Shown: positions 58,974 to 64,000 of the stretch, one piece after another
Position numbering within the stretch: the first letter of the stretch is position 1
How the letters are laid out: each line of letters starts with the position of its first letter
NCBI GenBank assembly: GCA_041489255.1
Contig: JBGPQV010000001.1
Coordinates: 324,099-388,098 of the forward strand
Reading direction: 5' to 3'
Origin: Thermoplasmata archaeon
Lineage (GTDB): Archaea > Thermoplasmatota > Thermoplasmata > RBG-16-68-12 > JAFNFQ01
DNA: 64,000 bases
Notes under the pieces: model-generated
Database searches by the model: none
What the model was told of the DNA's origin: nothing
The model's input: only the letters and a program-made list of their open reading frames with translations
Program-made: the position numbers and the translations under genes

Positions 58974-61466
58974 TTAGACCCCGGTGAACACGACCATGGT
59001 CGGAGTCGATGCTGAGACTTGAATAGCCATGACCATGGTTAGACCTGTGTCGTACATCCCAGGAGGCATCCAAGCGGCGTGAGGGACCCAGTCCCCGCGA
59101 GCGATGTCGTACCACAAGACCCCAGTGATGTTCGGGGCCAAGAGGGAGGAGATGTCAGGCGTCACGTATATCCCACTGGCATAAGGACGGAGGGGTAATC
59201 CGAGGGCGCGATACCCGGGTCCCAATGAGATCGCGGAGACGCCGACGCTGTACGTGCTCGGTCCCCGCCAGTATGAGTCCTGCACGGGAACGACGAAGTA
59301 GAACCACTGGGTGCCTGATAGGAGCGCGCCGGCATGGACGACGGACGCGGTTCCCGTTCCCTTCGCGGGGACCGTCGCGAGGAGCTTACTGTCAGTCCAC
59401 GGGTCACCGCGCAGCCCCGACGGCGTTGACGCGACGTACACCTCGTACGTCTCGTTGGGGAGACCGAAGCCCGGGATCTCGCTCCACGTCACGACGACGT
59501 CGGCCCCGGACGCCGTGGCAGCGATTGTCCGCGCGGTCGTGTCCGGGTCGAAGCCAGAGAGCGCATAGGGAGGCCACCCCGCGTAGTCGATCATCGCACC
59601 GGGGAGGCCCGTGAACGTGGACGTCGCCGGGGCGGTGAACGTCCCGACGTACCCCTCGCCGACTTTGAGAGCGCGGGCGGGGTCGCCGGTGCCGGGCACG
59701 AACCGCCATGCACCCGCCTCCATGTAGGCGAATGAGGACGCACCTGTCGCGGCGACGAACTCGCCTACCGTGTCGACCCATCCGGGCTGCGCGTAGTCTA
59801 TCCACGGGTACGGATACAGCGGGAGGGAGAGCGTCGCCGTCCCGCCTGTGAACGCTTGGGTCCACTTTCCCGCCGTGTTGCTCGTCGCACCCGCCCTGTT
59901 CCACGTCGCGTTCCGCGCACGGAGCACGTAGTACCGTGAACCCACGTTGAGGGCGGCGCCCGCGTCCGTCCATGTCATCACGTTCCCGAGGGAAACTGCG
60001 GGCGCGGAGAAGTCGAAGCCCGTTGGGGTGTCCGCCTCGTACAGCAGGTATGAGTCCGCGAGCCTCGCGGGCTTCCAGGTGATAATCACGTCAGGTCCAG
60101 CGGACTGCGCGGTCAGGTTCCGCGGGACGCCGGGGGCGGGCACCGTGTAGAACGGATAGCGGTCGACCCCTTTCGGTCCAACTGGGCGGGGCGTGTCCCC
60201 GATCCCGTCCGCGCCCGGTATGTCCTGCATGGGACCTTGGAGAATGTCGTCGCCCGCGTAGTCGGACCAGTGGTTGCCGCCGCTCGGGTAGCCGTCGTCC
60301 CACACGGTGCGGAGGAAGTCATCCTCAGCTTGCACAACATTGCCGACGAACCAATTATGGTACACATAGTTAGGCCCCCCCGTGTCACGGACCCATGCCC
60401 CCAGGCCGTTCGAGCGGAGCGTGTTGTCGCTCAAGGTGACGTTCGACGAAAAGGATAGATAGATGCCGATGGCGTTGCTGACAATCGTGTTGCCGGTCAC
60501 ATTCGCATACTCCACAGTGTCCAGCACGAATCCCGATCCCCCGTTGCCGGAAACCTCGTTGTCCCTGACGGTTGCATTCCGGGCGAGGATGACGCCGATT
60601 CCTGCCTGACCGCCTTCGACTCTCCGGATCCGGTTCCCCGCCACCAAGACATCGGAGATAGGTTGAGATGGAGAGAAGCCACTCACCAGGACGCCCCAGG
60701 AGCAGTCGCGCGCCTCGTTGCCGATTACGGACGTGCGGTCGCCCTCAACGAGAATACATTGCGAAAATCTTCCTTCAATCACGTTCCCGAAGATCTGGGC
60801 GTCATTGGCTTGCGTGCTAATCGCGTCGGCGTTGAACGTCCCTGGTCGCGACCGGAGCACATTGTAGGAAATGTCGAGGGAGGAACTGCCCATCTCCTGG
60901 ATTCCAGCCCCGGAAATGTTCACGATTTCGTTGCTCGTGATGGACACCGTGTGGACGTCATTCAACCATATCTCTTCGGCCTCGGCGAGGTGAACTCGCT
61001 CCAGCACGAAGTCATCGGCCCCATCTGCCAAGATTTTTCCCTCTTCAATCGTCGCGTCGCGGGCCAAGAAGGACCCCGAAACCGTGATGTAGACATTGTC
61101 GCTGGGACCTGGTTTCGTGGCGTTCGGGGAGAAAGTGACAGGAGCCGCAGCGGTCCCGATTGCCTCCAGGCTGCCAATCACCACGAGGGTGGAGGACCGG
61201 TTGAACAGAACCTGGACCCCCGCGTCGATGTAGAGTGTCGATCCCGCGGTGACGTCGACCGAACCCTCGATCCAGTACGGGTTGCCCGCCGGGGTCCACG
61301 TCACGATCCCGGAAATCGGGCCGCCCACCCGCGTCCCCGTCGGCTGAATCGGGCTTGGAGAGGAGGGCCTTGAGACTGCCGGCGAGGAAAAATCCACGGC
61401 AGGGAGGGATGCAGCCAAGATCACGAGGGTGGTCAGGAGCGCGACGGCCACCCCTGTTCGTGACAA
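58974..61466 (-). CDS. Secreted right-handed parallel beta-helix (NosD/CASH-like) protein with Fn3-like domains
   Basis: WT.AGNPY.I, repeated I..N.I....GI, WDDGYPSGGNHWSDY.G.D...DGIGDTP, P.VPRNL.A. Confidence 0.85.
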   Translation of the reverse strand: MSRTGVAVALLTTLVILAASLPAVDFSSPAVSRPSSPSPIQPTGTRVGGPISGIVTWTPAGNPYWIEGSVDVTAGSTLYIDAGVQVLFNRSSTLVVIGSLEAIGTAAAPVTFSPNATKPGPSDNVYITVSGSFLARDATIEEGKILADGADDFVLERVHLAEAEEIWLNDVHTVSITSNEIVNISGAGIQEMGSSSLDISYNVLRSRPGTFNADAISTQANDAQIFGNVIEGRFSQCILVEGDRTSVIGNEARDCSWGVLVSGFSPSQPISDVLVAGNRIRRVEGGQAGIGVILARNATVRDNEVSGNGGSGFVLDTVEYANVTGNTIVSNAIGIYLSFSSNVTLSDNTLRSNGLGAWVRDTGGPNYVYHNWFVGNVVQAEDDFLRTVWDDGYPSGGNHWSDYAGDDILQGPMQDIPGADGIGDTPRPVGPKGVDRYPFYTVPAPGVPRNLTAQSAGPDVIITWKPARLADSYLLYEADTPTGFDFSAPAVSLGNVMTWTDAGAALNVGSRYYVLRARNATWNRAGATSNTAGKWTQAFTGGTATLSLPLYPYPWIDYAQPGWVDTVGEFVAATGASSFAYMEAGAWRFVPGTGDPARALKVGEGYVGTFTAPATSTFTGLPGAMIDYAGWPPYALSGFDPDTTARTIAATASGADVVVTWSEIPGFGLPNETYEVYVASTPSGLRGDPWTDSKLLATVPAKGTGTASVVHAGALLSGTQWFYFVVPVQDSYWRGPSTYSVGVSAISLGPGYRALGLPLRPYASGIYVTPDISSLLAPNITGVLWYDIARGDWVPHAAWMPPGMYDTGLTMVMAIQVSASTPTMVVFTGV

Positions 61467-61714
61467 TATCCTTCACCTCCGAACAAGAAGAGGGTCGGAG
61501 GCCGATAAAACTTTCTGCGACGCCCCTAGGAGGCTGTGCATCTTCGCACCACCTAGCGCTCCCTCGAGTCAGAGTATGTCGGGAGGCGCGGTGAAGCCAG
61601 ATGGCTGGCCTTGGCTCGCGTTTTGATTGGATTCGTCATCTGTCCCGACCGGTCCGCTCCCATAGAATTCGCGTAATGCGAAACCATCGCGAAGCATTAT
61701 TCCCTGTATTTGGA

Positions 61715-62209
61715 TCAGACGAAGTAGAATGTGTAGGGGGGCCACTCGCCTGAGTTGTCCACGGAGCAGAGGACCGTTCCGGATTGCGTGTAGGAGACCG
61801 AGACGGAGTAGATGACCCACATGGAAGAGGAGCGCGTGACGCCAGGCACATCAATGTAGAAGCTGTCCGTTTGGGGCCCGTTCATCCCCCCCGTGGTGTA
61901 CTTATCTCTGGAGCCTGAGTATGGGTTTCCCCCGTATATCGTACTCATCTGGAAATGGTGCTTGATCTGGGGCGAACTCCCAGCCCGCTCGTCGAACCAT
62001 TTTATATCCATCGGCACGCGTAAAGTGTCGGGGCTGCTCCCCAGCGTTACAGACACTTCGTGGGGATAGGTAATGTAAGGCATGCAGTCGCTATCCGTGA
62101 CATGGGTATATCCATCCGCCGCGGGAGCCGTCGTCAATGCGGCCGCCAAGGGCATCGTCAACACGATCAAGCTTACCAAGCCCACAGTCCATAAGATTCG
62201 TGTTCTCAT
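61715..62209 (-). CDS. Small secreted beta-rich hypothetical protein
   Basis: GGAGGTGA SD; signal peptide MRTRILWTVGLVSLIVLTMPLAAA. Confidence 0.7.
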   Translation of the reverse strand: MRTRILWTVGLVSLIVLTMPLAAALTTAPAADGYTHVTDSDCMPYITYPHEVSVTLGSSPDTLRVPMDIKWFDERAGSSPQIKHHFQMSTIYGGNPYSGSRDKYTTGGMNGPQTDSFYIDVPGVTRSSSMWVIYSVSVSYTQSGTVLCSVDNSGEWPPYTFYFV

Positions 62210-62416
62210 ATTATCACCTCCAGACGCGAGAGCCTTCACACATCCTCCGCGCCCTCGCACTTCCGGCTATCAATCCTGATAGCGTCTGCAGGCAAGAAAC
62301 CATCGTACTTACATTCCGTACACCCGCCCCCAAGACGAATTCCATCAGGAAATAGTCTCCACAATCATGCCGAGATTCTTTCCACTCATGATTGGTCGGC
62401 AAGATAGACGCCGCCC

Positions 62417-62524
62417 GTCGAGTCCTTCGAGGAGCACGGCTCGATACACGCGGACGACGAGATGGACAAGGAGCACCGCGAGGACTACGAAGTCATTGTC
62501 AAGGAGGGGCTGAACCCCGACTAG
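62417..62524 (+). pseudogene. Possible 3' remnant of a lost gene
   Basis: VESFEEHGSIHADDEMDKEHREDYEVIVKEGLNPD* in host-like codons with no long upstream ORF. Confidence 0.35.
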
Positions 62525-62533
62525 TTGAGGGGC

Positions 62534-64000
62534 TCATTCAGGCATAGGAGCCTTCACGCGCATCCTGAAGATGGCGACCGTCAGGCCTGCGACGAGGATG
62601 ACCACATCGACTCCCGTCCCCAAGTCAACGACTGGCGGTATCGACAACAATCCTGTCATGAACGAGACGATTCCTGTGGCGGTCTCGAGGAGAATGAACG
62701 GCAGGGAGGTGATCGTGAACGCCTTCGCCACCGCCATCCTGTCCTTCCCGCCCTTCCACGGCCTCCTCTTTGAAGACCAGACTCCCGCCACGAGCAGGAT
62801 AGTCGCGAATAAGAGAGCAACTATCGGTTTATAGTTCACAGTTGTCTCTGGCGGTGTCGTCGTCCCCTGCACAGTTACTACGAACCGCTTTTCCCCCTCA
62901 GTGTTGTTCAGCATGTCGTTGGAGTAGTAGGTGATGTTGTGCTCCCCTTCTGACAGAGTGAAGCCACCAGAGTAGGCCGCCCAGCTCCCGCCATCGATCC
63001 TGTACCTGGTGACGTTCACCCCGCATCCCGAGTCGGTGGCGGTGAGGGTGAAGACGGTGGCGGTTGTCGCCTGCTCTTCGCCCTTGTGGATAGTCGTGGC
63101 GGGTGGAGTGTCGTCAACGGTCAGGTTCATCGTGTTAGAGTCTTCCAGGTTCCCCGCCCAGTCGAGAGATTGCCACTCTATCTTGTGCACTCCTTCCCCC
63201 GCCAGGAAGAAGGTGCCCGTGGCGGTGTAGTTGACCGGGTTCCCGCCATCGATCGTGTACGTGGTGTTCCTGATCCCGAGACCGCTCTGGTCGAGGACGG
63301 AGAGGGAGAGGGGGGTGGTCGATTTGACGTATGTGGTCATGGCGGGGGAGGTGTAGTTGGGATAGCCGATGATCAAGGAGGTGATCGGCCCCGTGACGAC
63401 GTTTACCGTCCATGTGAACACATTGTTCTCCTCGTTCCACTCCGTCACGTTGTTCCAGTAGTCGATGTCAGTGGACACGCGGTAAGTGCCCGGGATGGCG
63501 GGAGAGATCCACGTGGCGGTGAACCTAGAGGAGTTACCGCCAGGGACAATCGGACTCACCGTAAAGGTCCTGAATGGCGTGGCAGGAGCGGTCGAGTTGT
63601 AGAACGCCAGGACTGTGTCCGTCGCGGCGGTGGCGTTGCCCCCGCTGTGAACCGCGAGCGAGAGGGAGACTTGGGAGGAGAAGCCGACCCTGATTGGCGG
63701 GACTGGCTGCTCGTTGATTGGCGAGTAGTCAGGCATCGTGACTGGAGCTGTGCCGTTGTACCCCGCCACCGCCTCCGCGATCGTCTTCGCGCCTTCCACG
63801 TTCCCCGCCACGTCAGTTGCTATCGTGTGGAACCTGTAGTTCCCCTTGCCGTCGGGGAAGGGGAAAGACCAGGACCACGGCGGCGAGTACCTCGTGCCGA
63901 ACGCCGTCCACGCGCTCCACGACGAGTTGTCGAGGGGGGCGTAAGAATAGAAGAGGGTGACGTTCGCCACACCGCTGAGGTTGTCGCTGGCGGTGGCGTC
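62534..64000 (-). CDS. Surface protein paralogous to 56868-58970; 5' end beyond window
   Basis: Frame open to 64000 (DATASDNLSGVANV...); CARDB plus near-identical C-terminal module. Confidence 0.88.
   Translation of the reverse strand, partial: DATASDNLSGVANVTLFYSYAPLDNSSWSAWTAFGTRYSPPWSWSFPFPDGKGNYRFHTIATDVAGNVEGAKTIAEAVAGYNGTAPVTMPDYSPINEQPVPPIRVGFSSQVSLSLAVHSGGNATAATDTVLAFYNSTAPATPFRTFTVSPIVPGGNSSRFTATWISPAIPGTYRVSTDIDYWNNVTEWNEENNVFTWTVNVVTGPITSLIIGYPNYTSPAMTTYVKSTTPLSLSVLDQSGLGIRNTTYTIDGGNPVNYTATGTFFLAGEGVHKIEWQSLDWAGNLEDSNTMNLTVDDTPPATTIHKGEEQATTATVFTLTATDSGCGVNVTRYRIDGGSWAAYSGGFTLSEGEHNITYYSNDMLNNTEGEKRFVVTVQGTTTPPETTVNYKPIVALLFATILLVAGVWSSKRRPWKGGKDRMAVAKAFTITSLPFILLETATGIVSFMTGLLSIPPVVDLGTGVDVVILVAGLTVAIFRMRVKAPMPE

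Noticed and set aside
56930-63440. Duplicated module as a DGR template/variable repeat pair
   Set aside because: Both copies are in intact coding frames, differences are not evidently restricted to adenines, and no reverse transcriptase is in the window.

Overview
GC-rich archaeal chromosome segment, most likely a heterotrophic Thermoplasmatota (inferred from Trm5, TrmY, pyruvoyl arginine decarboxylase, Ogg2-type glycosylase, MNT/HEPN modules, zinc-ribbon/TPR and membrane-anchored double-wHTH proteins). Positions 1-47.5 kb are mostly housekeeping: tRNA charging and modification, peptidases, beta-oxidation-type enzymes, a NikR-controlled Ni/Co ECF transporter, tRNA-Arg(TCG) and several surface proteins, with a few AT-richer singleton genes inserted (one is an Imm26-like orphan immunity gene). 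Positions 47.5-56.7 kb are accessory. They hold four copies of a 22-bp palindrome (GTTATACCTA-AG-TAGGTATAAC) around an 81-aa gene resembling the SSV1-type integrase N-terminal domain, and a 120-bp direct repeat that brackets a 2.7-kb cassette carrying two toxin-antitoxin-like pairs (AbiEi/AbiEii-like and HEPN/MNT). A 119-aa helical protein gene is followed by an array of about 15 x 21-nt units with a constant core and a variable part. The window ends in paralogous surface-protein genes sharing a near-identical C-terminal module. All family assignments come from motif recognition by eye; no database search was run.
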